Shown piece by piece: positions 9,913-22,155 of a stretch of DNA of 64,000 nucleotides; within the stretch, counting starts at the first letter, position 1, and each line of letters begins with the position of its first letter. The translations under genes and the position numbers were made by a program. Source of the stretch: an uncultured virus (IMG/VR IMGVR_UViG_3300009419_000015) (lineage: Duplodnaviria; Heunggongvirae; Uroviricota; Caudoviricetes); the IMG/VR virus record IMGVR_UViG_3300009419_000015, one strand, 5' to 3'. Under the pieces are notes generated by a model. It ran no database searches. It saw only the letters and a program-made list of their open reading frames with translations, and was not told where the DNA came from.

Positions 9913-10392
9913 ATGGCAAATACAGACAATGAATGCAAAGATCTTCTCGTTGAGAATGACTACGTAAAGTCCACAAACCACCTGGATAAATTAATGACTC
10001 TTCAGAAGAGAACACAAGAGGGAGTATATGGATACGATTTCAGTAACATGACTCTTGGTGAGATTAAAGATTTTTGGCTTTGGAATACCAGAGCTATTGA
10101 TGATGAGGTCTCTGAAGCATATGATGCTTTAGGTGGTGTTTCTAACGATGGAGTAAATTCAATAGGAAATGCAGTTTGGAAACCCTGGAAAAGCAACCAC
10201 AAGAAAGCTTATGAGATGAAGATCTCTGATCTTTCGGAGGATGATCAGAAGGAGCTTAAGATGGAATTGGTTGACATCCAACATTTTATCTTTAATCTTA
10301 TGATATCCGTAGGTATGACCGCGGAGGAGCTTTACAATTACTATATTTCGAAGAATAAAGAAAATATCAGAAGACAAGAAAATAATTATTAA
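9913..10392 (+). CDS. T4 gp56-like dCTP/dUTP pyrophosphatase (all-alpha NTP-PPase)
   Basis: [36 protein letters not shown] closely parallel T4 gp56. Confidence 0.85.
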   Translation: MANTDNECKDLLVENDYVKSTNHLDKLMTLQKRTQEGVYGYDFSNMTLGEIKDFWLWNTRAIDDEVSEAYDALGGVSNDGVNSIGNAVWKPWKSNHKKAYEMKISDLSEDDQKELKMELVDIQHFIFNLMISVGMTAEELYNYYISKNKENIRRQENNY

Positions 10393-10399
10393 AGAAAAA

Positions 10400-11383
10400 A
10401 TGGAAAATTTATACTCGTTGCCTGAACCGATATTACAGGAAAATCCAAATAGGTTTGTTTTATTCCCGATAGAGCACCATGACATATGGAATATGTACAA
10501 ACAGCAGGAAGCTTCCATATGGACTGCTGAAGAAATAGATTTAGCTCAGGATCTAAATGATTGGAGAAACAAGCTTACTGACGAGGAGAGATACTTTGTT
10601 AAAAATGTTCTAGCTTTCTTTGCAGCATCCGATGGTATAGTTAATGAAAACCTAGCGGAGAATTTTGTTAGTGAGGTTCAATATACTGAGGCTAAATTCT
10701 TCTATGGATTCCAGATAATGATGGAGAATATACATTCTGAAACGTATTCGTTACTTATAGATACTTATATTCAGGACAAGGAGGAGAAGGATCATTTATT
10801 CAAGGCAATCGATACAATTGATGCAGTTAAGAAGAAAGCTCAATGGGCTTTAAAGTGGATAGACTCCCCACATTTCCAAGAAAGACTGGTGGCATTTGCT
10901 GCTGTTGAAGGAATATTTTTTAGTGGATCTTTCTGCTCTATCTTTTGGCTTAAGAAAAGAGGATTGATGCCGGGATTATCTTTCTCTAATGAACTTATAT
11001 CTAGAGACGAAGGCTTACATTGTGATTTTGCTGTGATGTTGCATAATAATCACCTGGCAAATAAGGTTTCGGAAGAAAGAATAAAAGAGATTATTACCAG
11101 TGCTCTAGAAATCGAAAAAGAATTCATTACTGAATCTCTGCCGGTTAGATTGATCGGTATGAATTCGGACTTAATGAAACAATATCTTGAATTTGTTGCT
11201 GATAGATTACTTGTTGAATTGGGATGTTCTAAAGTTTACAATTCGGAGAATCCTTTTGATTTCATGGCAAATATTTCTTTGCAAGGTAAAACAAATTTCT
11301 TCGAAAAGAGAGTCGGCGAATATCAAAAATCTGGTGTTATGAATAAATCGGAGGATGCTTTTGGATTTGATGCCGAATTTTAA
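10400..11383 (+). CDS. nrdB: Ribonucleotide reductase class Ia beta subunit
   Basis: [36 protein letters not shown]. Confidence 0.97.
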   Translation: MENLYSLPEPILQENPNRFVLFPIEHHDIWNMYKQQEASIWTAEEIDLAQDLNDWRNKLTDEERYFVKNVLAFFAASDGIVNENLAENFVSEVQYTEAKFFYGFQIMMENIHSETYSLLIDTYIQDKEEKDHLFKAIDTIDAVKKKAQWALKWIDSPHFQERLVAFAAVEGIFFSGSFCSIFWLKKRGLMPGLSFSNELISRDEGLHCDFAVMLHNNHLANKVSEERIKEIITSALEIEKEFITESLPVRLIGMNSDLMKQYLEFVADRLLVELGCSKVYNSENPFDFMANISLQGKTNFFEKRVGEYQKSGVMNKSEDAFGFDAEF

Positions 11384-11405
11384 AATTAAAAATAATAGAT
11401 AATAA

Positions 11406-13895
11406 ATGCTTGTAATTAAGAGAGATGGCTCGAAGGAGCCGGTGAGATTTGAAAAAGTTTCAAATAGAATAAAAAAAATGACTTACGGGTTAAATCCTGA
11501 TTATGTAGATGCAACAGAAATCGCTCAAAAAGTGATATCAGGTATCTATGATGGTATAACAACACAAGAACTTGATAATCTAGCTGCTGAAACTGCAGCA
11601 TCATTAATACCAAAACATCCGGATTATTCAATATTAGCTTCAAGAATTGCAGTATCTAGACTGCATAAGGTGACTAAGAAGAAATTCTCTGAGACCATAC
11701 ACGATCTTTATAATTACATAGATCCTGAAACTAACGAACCGGCTGGATTAATTAATGATGAAACGTATAATGCCGTAATTAAATACAAGCAGAAGTTTGA
11801 CGGTGCTATTATACATGAAAGAGATTTTGATTTCGAGTATTTCGGATTTAAAACTTTGGAAAAAAGTTATCTATTGAAAATGTATGGTCAGGTGGCAGAA
11901 AGTCCTCAACATATGTATATGAGGGTTGCAGTAGGGATATGGGGAGATGATATTAAGAACGCACTTAAGACATATGAACTTTTATCAAATCATATGATGA
12001 CACACGCAACACCAACATTATTTAATGCTGGTACTAAGAAACCGCAGCTATCATCTTGTTTCCTTCTTATGATGTCGGATGACTCTATACCGGGTATCTA
12101 CAAAACATTAACTGATGTTGCCATAATTTCCCAAAATGCAGGTGGTATCGGTCTAGCCATACATAATATTAGAAGTACTGGATCTTATATTAAGGGTACG
12201 AATGGTACATCAAACGGTATTGTGCCTATGCTTAAAGTATTTAACGAGACAGCTAGATACGTTGATCAGGGTGGCGGAAAAAGAAAGGGTTCTTTTGCAA
12301 TGTATATGGAGCCTTGGCACGCTGACATTGAGGATTTCCTTGATCTTAGAAAAAATACAGGTAAGGAAGAGATTAGAGCAAGAGATTTATTTCTTGCACT
12401 TTGGACTCCTGACCTATTCATGAAGAGAGTGGAGGAAGACGGACAATGGTCCTTATTTTCACCATCGGATGTTCAGGGATTATGGGAATTATATGGTGAT
12501 GAATTTGAGGAGGCATATATTAACTATGAATCATCTGGAAAAGCTAGGAAGGTTATGAAAGCCAGAGAACTTTGGAGTAAAATCATAGATGCACAAACGG
12601 AAACTGGTACCCCATATATGATGTATAAGGATGCAGCTAACAAAAAATCGAATCAGAAAAATTTAGGAACGATTAAAAGTTCTAATCTTTGTACTGAAAT
12701 TCTTGAGTATACCGATAAGGATGAGCAGGCAGTATGTAATTTAGCTTCTATACCAGTTAACAAATTTTTAAGATCTACTGATAACAGAACGTCTAAAATA
12801 GCTAGAGGTAAATGTGAGGTTGATCATAAGGCATTATATGATGTTGCTTACCAGACAACATTGAATCTTAACAAGGTTATAGACGTTAATTATTATCCAA
12901 CTCCCGAGACTAAGAAATCTAATATGAGACATAGACCTATTGGTATTGGTATTCAGGGTCTAGCTGATTTATTTGCTATAGTTGGTATCCCTTTTACATC
13001 TCCGGAGGCTAAAAGAATTAACGAGGAAATATTCGAAACCATATATTTTGCTTCCATGACAGCTTCGATGGATCTCGCTAAAAGAGACGGTAAATACGAA
13101 ACGTTCGAAGGATCACCTTTGAGTAAGGGAGAATTTCAATTTAATCTGTGGGGATTTAATGACGTTGACCTTTCAGGAAGATGGGATTGGAATAAACTAA
13201 GAAAAGATGTTATTAAAAACGGAGCTAGAAACTCACTATTATTAGCACCTATGCCCACTGCATCTACTGCACAGATCATGGGTAATAACGAGGCATTTGA
13301 ACCATTTACATCTAACATCTATACAAGAAGAACATTAAGTGGTGAATTTGTTATTATAAATAAGCACTTAGTTAAAGATTTAATTGCACTAGATCTTTGG
13401 GGAGAGGATATGAAGAACATGATTATCTTACATAAGGGATCAGTTCAGAACATACCGCAGATTCCTGAAGCAATAAGAGAAACATATAAGACGGTTTGGG
13501 AAATAAGACAAAAGGATCTTATTGACATGTCTGCTGACAGAGGTAAATTCATATGTCAGTCACAATCACTTAATTTGTTTATAGAGAATGTTAACTCCGC
13601 TAAATTAACTGCAGCTCATTTTCATTCTTGGAAAATAGGACTTAAAACGGGAATGTATTATCTAAGAACAAAATCGGCTGTTGATGCAATTGCAGGATTA
13701 GGTGTTGATTTATCTAAGGCTAAAAATACAACAAGTAACGAATCTTCGATTCAGCAGAATGAAACTGTAAATAAATCTATTTCTTCATCTATTGGTATGT
13801 CCAGCGAGGAATTAAGTAGAGCAGCAGAGGAAGCTACCGCAGGAATTACATGCAGTTTAGATAATCCTGAGGATTGCGAAATGTGTGGATCATAA
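11406..13895 (+). CDS. nrdA: Ribonucleotide reductase class Ia alpha subunit with ATP cone
   Basis: VIKRDG ATP cone, [22 protein letters not shown]-terminal CxxxxxxxCxxC. Confidence 0.97.
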   Translation: MLVIKRDGSKEPVRFEKVSNRIKKMTYGLNPDYVDATEIAQKVISGIYDGITTQELDNLAAETAASLIPKHPDYSILASRIAVSRLHKVTKKKFSETIHDLYNYIDPETNEPAGLINDETYNAVIKYKQKFDGAIIHERDFDFEYFGFKTLEKSYLLKMYGQVAESPQHMYMRVAVGIWGDDIKNALKTYELLSNHMMTHATPTLFNAGTKKPQLSSCFLLMMSDDSIPGIYKTLTDVAIISQNAGGIGLAIHNIRSTGSYIKGTNGTSNGIVPMLKVFNETARYVDQGGGKRKGSFAMYMEPWHADIEDFLDLRKNTGKEEIRARDLFLALWTPDLFMKRVEEDGQWSLFSPSDVQGLWELYGDEFEEAYINYESSGKARKVMKARELWSKIIDAQTETGTPYMMYKDAANKKSNQKNLGTIKSSNLCTEILEYTDKDEQAVCNLASIPVNKFLRSTDNRTSKIARGKCEVDHKALYDVAYQTTLNLNKVIDVNYYPTPETKKSNMRHRPIGIGIQGLADLFAIVGIPFTSPEAKRINEEIFETIYFASMTASMDLAKRDGKYETFEGSPLSKGEFQFNLWGFNDVDLSGRWDWNKLRKDVIKNGARNSLLLAPMPTASTAQIMGNNEAFEPFTSNIYTRRTLSGEFVIINKHLVKDLIALDLWGEDMKNMIILHKGSVQNIPQIPEAIRETYKTVWEIRQKDLIDMSADRGKFICQSQSLNLFIENVNSAKLTAAHFHSWKIGLKTGMYYLRTKSAVDAIAGLGVDLSKAKNTTSNESSIQQNETVNKSISSSIGMSSEELSRAAEEATAGITCSLDNPEDCEMCGS

Positions 13896-13910
13896 AAATA
13901 AATTAAACTA

Positions 13911-14540
13911 ATGGAATCTAAAATAAAGGCATTTAACGAATTTTTGAATGAAAGAGAACTTCCGGATAATCAGGGTAAAATCCTGGTTATACTGGGAGCT
14001 CCTGGATCAGGAAAAGGAACCCTATCGAAGGAACTAAATAAGGAATATGGTATACATCATATTTCAACTGGAGATCTCATTAGGAATTCAGATGATCCGG
14101 AATTAAAAAAAATAATATCTGGAGGTAACTTTATATCTGATGATATGATGGTAAAGATGTTAAGAGGCGAGCTTAAAAAATTGGATCCGTCTAATGGGAT
14201 TATTTTTGATGGATTTCCTAGAAATCTTAAACAATCAAAAAAATTAGATTCCATTTTGGGAAAAATGGGACTTGGCCTAAATCATGCTATATTCCTAGAT
14301 CTACCCGAGGATATTTCCAAGGAAAGAATTAGGGAAAGAGCTAAAAAGGAAGATAGAAAGGACGATGCTAGCGACGAGATAATAGATAAGAGATTTGAAG
14401 AATATCACGATAAAACATTACCACTACTTGATTTCTACAAGAAAAGTAGAAAACTAATTACTATAGATGCTAATACAGGGAGAGAGGGAGTTTTAAAATC
14501 GGTAGCTAAAAAACTAGGTCTTAAAAAACCAAAAAAATAA
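13911..14540 (+). CDS. adk: Adenylate kinase with an extra N-terminal KIKAFNEFLNE leader
   Basis: GAPGSGKGT P-loop, HISTGDLIR, FDGFPR, RKDD. Confidence 0.92.
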   Translation: MESKIKAFNEFLNERELPDNQGKILVILGAPGSGKGTLSKELNKEYGIHHISTGDLIRNSDDPELKKIISGGNFISDDMMVKMLRGELKKLDPSNGIIFDGFPRNLKQSKKLDSILGKMGLGLNHAIFLDLPEDISKERIRERAKKEDRKDDASDEIIDKRFEEYHDKTLPLLDFYKKSRKLITIDANTGREGVLKSVAKKLGLKKPKK

Positions 14541-14545
14541 ATAAG

Positions 14546-15190
14546 ATGAGAGATACTAGCGAAAAGTTTGTTAGATCTCTTAAAGAGAAATTAGAAAAAA
14601 ATAAAAATCTGGAGAAGCTGAGGAGAAATATACTTGGAGATTCTCTGGATTTTATTTCTTATATGATAAGGAATTCTAATGATATCGAAATAAGAGAAAT
14701 AAGAAACTATGAAACCAGCGAGATATCATGTTTAATAAATCTATATAGCGATTCTGACGATTTAATATCTTCTATCAGCAATATGCTATTATCAAAAAAT
14801 CTTAGCTACAAGAAAAAAGAATTAAACCAAAAGAAAAGCCTATTTCTAGTTAATCTGGGTGAGAATATAACATCATCCGGGAAAAAAGATAATTGGTGCT
14901 TTCTTGAATTTGACTTTAGAGGAAAACATATATTTGATGTCAAGATATCTATAATGGACGATCCTTTATCATATTCAATATACGATAAAAATTATTTTAG
15001 AATTGATTTTTGGGTTTGTGAGGATCTTGACATTAAAAAATATGATATACAATTAAGATCTGCAAATCGGGACAAAAATAAATTAATAGTCCATATAGAA
15101 CCAAATTATAAAGCAACACTATTTTTTGATGGTGTAGGTGAAATTGAGAAAATAAATATTTCCAGAAAAAGAGGAGAAAAAATAAACTAG
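14546..15190 (+). CDS. Hypothetical protein
   Basis: 214-aa ORF in an operon. Confidence 0.6.
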   Translation: MRDTSEKFVRSLKEKLEKNKNLEKLRRNILGDSLDFISYMIRNSNDIEIREIRNYETSEISCLINLYSDSDDLISSISNMLLSKNLSYKKKELNQKKSLFLVNLGENITSSGKKDNWCFLEFDFRGKHIFDVKISIMDDPLSYSIYDKNYFRIDFWVCEDLDIKKYDIQLRSANRDKNKLIVHIEPNYKATLFFDGVGEIEKINISRKRGEKIN

Positions 15191-15217
15191 TACACTATAA
15201 CTACTAAATTATAATCA

Positions 15218-16489
15218 ATGACAAACAAAAAGAACAAAAAGAAGCAATCGATGCCAATTAAGATGTCGGTTCCTATGAATATTTTACCCAAATCAAATCT
15301 GGAGCAAACAATATCATTATGTTTGGTTATGATTGTGAAGAATGAGGAAGACACCATGGAAAGGTGTTTAAAGGCGGTTGCACCTTATATAAAATACTGG
15401 GTAATAGTTGACACTGGATCAACGGACAAGACGATGGAAGTTATTAAGAGTACAATGGATTCATTGGGTATTGATGGGGAATTACACGAGAGACCATGGG
15501 TAAACTTTGAAGTAAATAGAACCGAAAGTTTAAATTTGGCTAAAGGAAAGTGTGACTATAGATGGGTAATAGATGCCGATGATACTTTTTTTCCGGATAC
15601 ACCAGGAGTAAATCCATTTGCGGGATTAGACACAAAAGCAGATTGCTACCAGCTTTTATATAAGCTAAATGCTCTACAGTATAATAGAGCACAGATAGTC
15701 AGATCAAATCAGAATTGGGTGTATAAAGGAGTCCTGCATGAATATCTATTTCTTGATGAGGATAAAAAGGAAGTTCTACAATCACCCATAAGAGGATGCC
15801 ATGTTATTGCTGATATTTCGCCGCTTAAAAGAGCTGGATCATTGGAGGAAAAATATTCTAATGACGCCAAGATATTGGAAGCTGCATTGATAGAGGATCC
15901 AGGTAATGAAAGATACATGTTTTATTTAGCTCAAAGTTATAGAGATTCTGAACAGCTGGATAAAGCTATAGAGGCATATCAGAAGAGAATAGAAATGGGA
16001 GGATGGGAAGAAGAAGTTTACTATTCTAAATACATGATAGCCAAGATAAGCGAGAAAAAGGGTAAACCTGATAACGAGCTTTCTGAATTATATTCTAAAG
16101 CATGGGAATATAGACCAGCCAGATTAGAGTGTGTTTTTCATACTATGAGAAAGCTTAGAGATCAAGGAAGACATCTTGTTGCCTTTGCTTATGGTGACGT
16201 AGCGATAAAAACTAAAGGTACATCCGATATTCTTTTCATCGAGCCTGAAATTTGGCAATGGAGACTTTTGGATGAATACTCACTAGCTGCTTATTATATA
16301 GGTAATCCAGAAATTGCTATGGAGAAAACCTCAGCAATCATAAGTGCCCCATTCTTCAAGGATATAGCCCAGTCAGAACAAGCAAGGCTTAAGAAGAATA
16401 TGGATTTTTATAAGAAGGGTTCTGAGGAAAAATCTAAGAAGATTCAGATGATGCAACAGATGCAAAAAGTGCAAGATAGCAAAAGATAG
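15218..16489 (+). CDS. Glycosyltransferase family 2 with C-terminal TPR repeats
   Basis: LVMIVKNEE, VDTGSTD, IDADD, GVLHE, RYMFYLAQSY. Confidence 0.88.
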   Translation: MTNKKNKKKQSMPIKMSVPMNILPKSNLEQTISLCLVMIVKNEEDTMERCLKAVAPYIKYWVIVDTGSTDKTMEVIKSTMDSLGIDGELHERPWVNFEVNRTESLNLAKGKCDYRWVIDADDTFFPDTPGVNPFAGLDTKADCYQLLYKLNALQYNRAQIVRSNQNWVYKGVLHEYLFLDEDKKEVLQSPIRGCHVIADISPLKRAGSLEEKYSNDAKILEAALIEDPGNERYMFYLAQSYRDSEQLDKAIEAYQKRIEMGGWEEEVYYSKYMIAKISEKKGKPDNELSELYSKAWEYRPARLECVFHTMRKLRDQGRHLVAFAYGDVAIKTKGTSDILFIEPEIWQWRLLDEYSLAAYYIGNPEIAMEKTSAIISAPFFKDIAQSEQARLKKNMDFYKKGSEEKSKKIQMMQQMQKVQDSKR

Positions 16490-16523
16490 TATCGATATAT
16501 AGATAAAATAACCAAGAAATAAA

Positions 16524-17273
16524 ATGAAACATCTTTTAGAATTTGATTCATATTCACCGGCAAACGAAGCTGTTAATCTAAAGAGCGGAACTCCAGTATA
16601 TGATGAGATTATATTCAGTAAGAATATTAATGCTAAACCAGCGATGGTACTTAAACCTGATGAAATTGTTCCTGTAGTGAGCAAAATGTTGGAGGATAAG
16701 GAAGAAGGAATGCTTGAAAAAGTATATGTGTTGGCTGAGATATCTTCGCAGGGAAAAAATGCTCCGAAGTACGTACTGGATGATGCAGCTGAAGAAAGAG
16801 AAAGACAAATACAGAGAAAAAGAATCATATACGGTAGCAGAACGGAAAGAGACGATAGACCTGATGACGACGAGCAAACCGATGCGATAAATATATTTGT
16901 TGATTCAGAATTTATAGTAGTTGGAGTAGACGAAACCCATATACTTGCTATTCCTGAATCAAAAAAGAAAAAGGCAGAATCTAGCAAACAGATGATGGAA
17001 TATTATACTGTTAGATTGGAACCTAAGCAAATATTTGAAATATTCTTCGTTCCTAAGTCTTCTAATTATGTATTTGAGCCGAAAAAAGAAATTGATTTTT
17101 CAACAATTCAAATCGATGGTGTAGATTCAAATGATTATCCAGATTTTGCGGATGCATATATTTCTTATGCTGAGTATACGGATGGTACACCTTTAAATGA
17201 TGATGAGTTAGACAAATTAAATGCTGACATGCCGGAGTATGCACAGGAGCATGCTGTGGATTCGCTGACATAA
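16524..17273 (+). CDS. Hypothetical protein (MKHLLEFDSY N-terminus; C-terminal DYPDFADAYI domain)
   Basis: ORF; GATATATA at 16494. Confidence 0.65.
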   Translation: MKHLLEFDSYSPANEAVNLKSGTPVYDEIIFSKNINAKPAMVLKPDEIVPVVSKMLEDKEEGMLEKVYVLAEISSQGKNAPKYVLDDAAEERERQIQRKRIIYGSRTERDDRPDDDEQTDAINIFVDSEFIVVGVDETHILAIPESKKKKAESSKQMMEYYTVRLEPKQIFEIFFVPKSSNYVFEPKKEIDFSTIQIDGVDSNDYPDFADAYISYAEYTDGTPLNDDELDKLNADMPEYAQEHAVDSLT

Positions 17274-17305
17274 AATATCATATTATATACATCAAATAAA
17301 ATATT

Positions 17306-17342
17306 AAAAAAAGCTTGATTTCACGATCAAGCTTTTTTTTTT
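17306..17342. terminator. Intrinsic terminator (A-run and T-run flanked)
   Basis: AAGCTTGAT-ttcacg-ATCAAGCTT followed by T run. Confidence 0.8.
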
Positions 17343-17427
17343 GTGGATCTTATTTAAAATATATTGGAACTTTATCGAAATTAAATATGGTAACTGTAAT
17401 ATAAAATTAAAGTAAATTCCAATATAC

Positions 17428-19209
17428 ATGAGCAAAGTTAATAAATCAATAGAGGTTCTTACAGATTTCGAACATATCATTAAGAGACCAACGATGTATG
17501 TCGGGTCGGTTAAGAAAAGTGACGAGGTCCTGCCAATCATAGGCGATGGATTCATAAAATCGGTTACCAAGGAACACTCCATAGGTATGTATAAACTATT
17601 TGATGAGGTTTTTGCAAACTCGGTCGATGAGGCTAAGAGAATGCAATCACCCATGAAGAAGATTACGGTTGAGATTAATAGTAAGGAAAATATGATGTCC
17701 ATAACTGATTCAGGTGATGGATTTACTAATGGCTCTGTTATTAATAAGAAGAGTAAATTAAGTAACATAGAAACTGCTGTATCTATGCTTAGAGCTGGTT
17801 CTAATTTTGATAATGATTCAATAGATGAATCAATAGTTGGTACCAATGGTATGGGTGTCAGTTTGGTTAATGCTTTATCCGTAATGTTTGAGATTGAAAC
17901 TACAAACAGCAAAGAAACATACACACAAACTTGGAAAAATTTTATAGCATCCAAAGCTGACATAAAGAATAAATTAAAAAGTAAGACCACCGGTACGAGG
18001 GTTACTTTTATACCGAATGGATCCGTTTTTGATAAGTCTCAATGGGACTATTCAACAATAAAATCTTACCTCTGTTTAAAAAAGAGAGTACTGGAATCTG
18101 AAGAAAAAACATCCAATCTGAAGATAGAGTTCATATGGGATGGTAAGACCGAATTGGTACAATCAGGGCTAAATCCTGATTGGTCAGCAAAAACACCGAT
18201 AGGAGAACTACTTATATGGGAGAAGAAACAGGACTCTGGCTCGTTCTCTTTTGTTAATAGTGCTATATGTACAGGTATACATCAAAAGATCGTATACGAT
18301 AAAATAAACAATGAATTAGATGATTCATTGGGACATCACTTCTATGACAGCTTACTTATATTAAATCTTTCACCAAAGATAGTTAGATTCGGTGATCAAA
18401 ATAAAACAAAATTTGTTTCCAAGAGGGAAGAAGTCGAGCCAACAATAATAAGAAACTTTGATTCGCAGCTTAGTAAATTTTTCAGAAGTGAAACGTTTAA
18501 AAAAATCAAGAAAGCGGTAGATGATAGGAAAAAGGATACAGCGCTAAAAAAGATTAGGAAGGAAAAAAAATCAATCAAGATAAAACATTCTAATAAATAC
18601 TTTCCACCAACATCAGGGAAAGCTGAGAATTTATTTATAGTTGAAGGATTAAGTGCGATGGGATCAATTTTACAAAAAAGAGATTCCAAAAAGGACGGTG
18701 TTTATGCACTTAAGGGTAAAATTAAGAATGCCAGAAGTCTAGGTGATCTTTCCGATAATAGAGAGATTTTGGAGCTTATGCAAATATTAAATCTTGATCC
18801 AGAGGGACCTGGATTAAATTGTCCATTTGAGAAGGTTGTTATCGCAACAGACCAGGATCCGGACGGAGCACATATAACATCATTGCTAATAAATCTTTTT
18901 TATTCTTGGTTCCCTTGGATGGTTAAGCAAGGCAGAATTCATTTTCTCGAAACTCCACTAGTAACTGTTGGTGATAGAACAAAGAAATATTATTATTCGT
19001 TGGATGAATTTAAGAAAGCATCCAATAGGGGAGGAGTGGTTAGATATCTTAAGGGTCTTGGCTCACTCTCAATGGATGACTGGGATTATGTGATGAAAAA
19101 CAAAAGAATAATAGCTCTAAAGGAGGATACACACACAAAGAAAAATTTGGAAATGGCATTTGGTAAATCCGCTCAGGAGAGAAAGAAATGGTTAAGTAAT
19201 CCGTTATAA
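17428..19209 (+). CDS. Type II DNA topoisomerase, ATPase/TOPRIM subunit (GyrB or T4 gp39+60-like)
   Basis: RPTMYVGS, EVFANSVDE, GSNFD, GTNGMG, VEGLSA, LKGK, TDQDPDG, RYLKGLGS. Confidence 0.93.
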   Translation: MSKVNKSIEVLTDFEHIIKRPTMYVGSVKKSDEVLPIIGDGFIKSVTKEHSIGMYKLFDEVFANSVDEAKRMQSPMKKITVEINSKENMMSITDSGDGFTNGSVINKKSKLSNIETAVSMLRAGSNFDNDSIDESIVGTNGMGVSLVNALSVMFEIETTNSKETYTQTWKNFIASKADIKNKLKSKTTGTRVTFIPNGSVFDKSQWDYSTIKSYLCLKKRVLESEEKTSNLKIEFIWDGKTELVQSGLNPDWSAKTPIGELLIWEKKQDSGSFSFVNSAICTGIHQKIVYDKINNELDDSLGHHFYDSLLILNLSPKIVRFGDQNKTKFVSKREEVEPTIIRNFDSQLSKFFRSETFKKIKKAVDDRKKDTALKKIRKEKKSIKIKHSNKYFPPTSGKAENLFIVEGLSAMGSILQKRDSKKDGVYALKGKIKNARSLGDLSDNREILELMQILNLDPEGPGLNCPFEKVVIATDQDPDGAHITSLLINLFYSWFPWMVKQGRIHFLETPLVTVGDRTKKYYYSLDEFKKASNRGGVVRYLKGLGSLSMDDWDYVMKNKRIIALKEDTHTKKNLEMAFGKSAQERKKWLSNPL

Positions 19210-19254
19210 TTTTTTATTCCGCATTAATTTATTAATCTTGTAAAAAAATAAAAT

Positions 19255-20169
19255 ATGGATAGGAAGTATGGTTACTGCTGTATAAACATGACACTAGCTG
19301 AAAGCAAGGAGAAAGTTACTACTAATAGAGGAATGGTCAAAAAAACATTTTTGGAGAGAGGAATAGATTATGTTTCTGACCTGGCTCTTCTAAATGTCAA
19401 AGATCTAAAAAAAATTATTGAATGGAACCATTCCAATTCCATATTCATGTACCGGATGTCCAGCGATATATTTCCGTGGTGCTCAGAATATGAAATATCC
19501 GAATTAAAGGATTATACGGAGATCCGGGATATCCTTAAGGAATGTGGAGATCTGGCTAAGAAATTTGACCAGAGAATAACATTTCACCCATCACCATATG
19601 GTGTACTTGCATCTGAGAGACCCGACGTTGTAATAAAAGCAATTAAGGAATTATCGCAGCATGGTGAAATAATGGATATGATGGGTCTTGATAGATCTGT
19701 TTATTATCCTATAAACATCCATGTAAATACAACAAAACCAGATAAGGAAAGTGCAGCCAATAGATTCTGTGATAATTTTTCACTATTGCCTGATTCTGTT
19801 AAGAGTAGACTTGTTGTGGAAGTTGATGATAAAAAATCCCAATATACGTCAGTTGATCTGTTTAATATGGTGCATTCAAAAATAGGAATACCCGTTACTT
19901 TCGACTATCTACATAATGAATGCAATAAACCAGATAATATGACTGAGGCCCAATCATTATCGGTTTGTTTATCTACATGGCCGGAGGGGATACCAGCAAT
20001 AACTCACTACTCTGATTCTAGAAGACTTAATGAGGATTCAACAGCCAGAGAGGTTGCGCATTCCGATTGGATTTGGAAAGCACCCGAAACATATGGGTTA
20101 AACTTTGATATAGAGTTTGAGGTAAAGATGAAAGAAAGGGCTTTATTAAAATACCTAAATCAAATATAA
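19255..20169 (+). CDS. uvsE: UV DNA damage endonuclease
   Basis: GYCCIN, YRMSSDIFP, TFHP, INIH, FDYLH, HYSDS, AHSD, EVKMKE. Confidence 0.9.
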   Translation: MDRKYGYCCINMTLAESKEKVTTNRGMVKKTFLERGIDYVSDLALLNVKDLKKIIEWNHSNSIFMYRMSSDIFPWCSEYEISELKDYTEIRDILKECGDLAKKFDQRITFHPSPYGVLASERPDVVIKAIKELSQHGEIMDMMGLDRSVYYPINIHVNTTKPDKESAANRFCDNFSLLPDSVKSRLVVEVDDKKSQYTSVDLFNMVHSKIGIPVTFDYLHNECNKPDNMTEAQSLSVCLSTWPEGIPAITHYSDSRRLNEDSTAREVAHSDWIWKAPETYGLNFDIEFEVKMKERALLKYLNQI

Positions 20170-20174
20170 TTTTT

Positions 20175-20405
20175 ATGAAAAATAATCAGGAGATAGAAGA
20201 TTTTGAATCACTATTAGCATCGCAGGGGAATTCAGATATTAAATATAACGTGGATACAGATATGGAATCATTAGTTAAATATGACTATCTGGTTGAAGTT
20301 TACGGTAAGGATCTAGTTGACTCTGTGGTACATAAGAAGAATGAATTATTTGATCCTGAATATTATAGGACTGTATTACTAGAATTAAAAAATATAGGAA
20401 TGTAA
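20175..20405 (+). CDS. Hypothetical protein
   Basis: ORF in an operon. Confidence 0.5.
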   Translation: MKNNQEIEDFESLLASQGNSDIKYNVDTDMESLVKYDYLVEVYGKDLVDSVVHKKNELFDPEYYRTVLLELKNIGM

Positions 20406-20764
20406 TGTTTGAGGAAGATAATAATCTAGAGAGTGGGTATCCCATAGATAAACATCCACAATACTCGATATTAAGAAAGCATATAGAAAGATCCGTACAA
20501 GATCTATTTTTAATTTCTCTAAGGAATCAAAATAGAGATATCTTTTATGTTTTTGAGAAGGAGGAACAAATAGATGCATTTCTTGAAAGAATGCTTAAAT
20601 ATTGGGAGAAGTACGAGAAGTATGAAATCTGCCAGGAAATAGTTAAGCTAGGTAAGAAATTGAAGAAAAAGTGGAAAAATAGGGAATCAAATCCGGAAAC
20701 AGCCGGCGAGATAAGAATAAAAGATATATTTAGATCAACATTTGATGACGAAAGATTACTATAG
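20405..20764 (+). CDS. Hypothetical protein with UVR-like EKYEIC motif
   Basis: [14 protein letters not shown], shared with 34052, 34355 and 34527. Confidence 0.6.
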   Translation: MFEEDNNLESGYPIDKHPQYSILRKHIERSVQDLFLISLRNQNRDIFYVFEKEEQIDAFLERMLKYWEKYEKYEICQEIVKLGKKLKKKWKNRESNPETAGEIRIKDIFRSTFDDERLL

Positions 20765-21764
20765 AATATTAGATGTATCTAAAGATGCTACAGCGGATGA
20801 TATAAAGAAGGCATATCGCAAACTAGCTATTAAATATCACCCGGATAAAACCGGAAATGATAAAGTGGCTGAGGAAAAATTTAAGGAGATATCGGAAGCC
20901 TATGAAATATTATCTGATCCAGTAAAAAGGTCCTCACATGATAGACCATCATTTAGCGGATTTTGGGATGGTAGTAATCCATATCAGACCGGAGATTTTT
21001 CATCATTCTTCACAGCACAGCAAAGACAGAGCGAGCCAAGAGTACATAAGGGTAGAAATATTAGCATTTACATCTCCGTTACTCTAGAGGAAATGATGAC
21101 GGGAACTAGCAAAAAGGTAAAGGTAACAAGGAAGACGCAATGTAGAGATTGCTCAGGTACCGGTGCGGAAAATGCAGATTTGCAAAAATGTAATGAATGT
21201 GGTGGTATAGGTAAGGTTAATAGAACGGTGCATCATGCATTCGGCGAGGTTGTTATGCAAGAAGACTGCAAATATTGCTATGGCTCAGGATCAAGATCTA
21301 AATCAAATTGTAAATCATGCTTTGGTTCAGGTACAATAAGGAGAGAGGAGGAGATGGACGTAAATATACCGAAGGGATCTATTTCCGGTGTATCTTATTT
21401 AATAGTCGGTAAAGGAGATTGGGAAAAATCCCCATCCAATCCAGGAGATTTGGTAATAAATGTGGAGGAATATTTACATCCAATTTATACTAGAGATGGA
21501 ATAAATTTGATCCACGAGAAACGAGTTTCTTTCAAAGATCTTTGCGTTGGCATAGAGGCTGAGATACCTAACTTAAAAGGATCAAATTGGAGAATAAAAA
21601 TACCAGCGGGATCTTCACCAGGCAGACTATTCAGATTACCAGGAAAGGGAATACCTGAATTCAATGGATTCGGAAGTGGCGATATACTTGTTAAATTAAA
21701 TCTGAATGTTCCTAAGGATCTCACCGAGGAACAAATAGAGGCATTAGAAAACTTTAAAGATTAA
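20745..21764 (+). CDS. dnaJ: DnaJ co-chaperone (type I)
   Basis: J-domain HPD, four CxxCxGxG repeats, C-terminal domain. Confidence 0.95.
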   Translation: MTKDYYRILDVSKDATADDIKKAYRKLAIKYHPDKTGNDKVAEEKFKEISEAYEILSDPVKRSSHDRPSFSGFWDGSNPYQTGDFSSFFTAQQRQSEPRVHKGRNISIYISVTLEEMMTGTSKKVKVTRKTQCRDCSGTGAENADLQKCNECGGIGKVNRTVHHAFGEVVMQEDCKYCYGSGSRSKSNCKSCFGSGTIRREEEMDVNIPKGSISGVSYLIVGKGDWEKSPSNPGDLVINVEEYLHPIYTRDGINLIHEKRVSFKDLCVGIEAEIPNLKGSNWRIKIPAGSSPGRLFRLPGKGIPEFNGFGSGDILVKLNLNVPKDLTEEQIEALENFKD

Positions 21765-21767
21765 AAT

Positions 21768-22079
21768 ATGGAAATGATATTACTGTTCCTTTTTATAGGA
21801 TGGACCTTTGCAACTACCGTAGTTAATGGTTCAATTTTTGACAGAATTAGAAATTGGCTGCTAGTTAGAATTCCGCTCTTGGGTAAACTTTTTTCCTGCA
21901 TAAGATGCCTTAGCTTCTGGACCGGATTATTTATATTCGGTATGCTTACTGAATATAAATATATCAGAGAAATTTTTGGACTTCCTCTATATTTCAATTT
22001 CATAATATATCCTTTTATCCAGAGCGGTGTTTCGGTGATTATTGAATCATTCGTTATATTTCTTAGAAAATCAAATTAA
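21768..22079 (+). CDS. Small membrane protein with CxxC (DUF1360-like)
   Basis: Hydrophobic segments; IFDRIR...LFSCIRCLSFW. Confidence 0.5.
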   Translation: MEMILLFLFIGWTFATTVVNGSIFDRIRNWLLVRIPLLGKLFSCIRCLSFWTGLFIFGMLTEYKYIREIFGLPLYFNFIIYPFIQSGVSVIIESFVIFLRKSN

Positions 22080-22155
22080 AATTAGTATTGACATGGAAAT
22101 AAAGACCGTAGCAGCACTATAAATTAAAAATCATATAAAACCCAGTACAAGCAAG

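Noticed and set aside
7643..13895. Eukaryotic giant virus origin (MBD4-like gene, eukaryote-like RNR, PolB)
   Set aside because: tmRNA, a peptidoglycan-binding endolysin, an amidase, intrinsic terminators, coupled operons and T4-like gp56 and topoisomerase genes indicate a bacteriophage.
16373..18689. Long antisense ORFs (16373..16987, 17304..17990, 18396..18689) and similar shadows elsewhere
   Set aside because: They overlap well-supported genes on the opposite strand and have the Ser/Phe/Leu-rich composition typical of antisense shadows.
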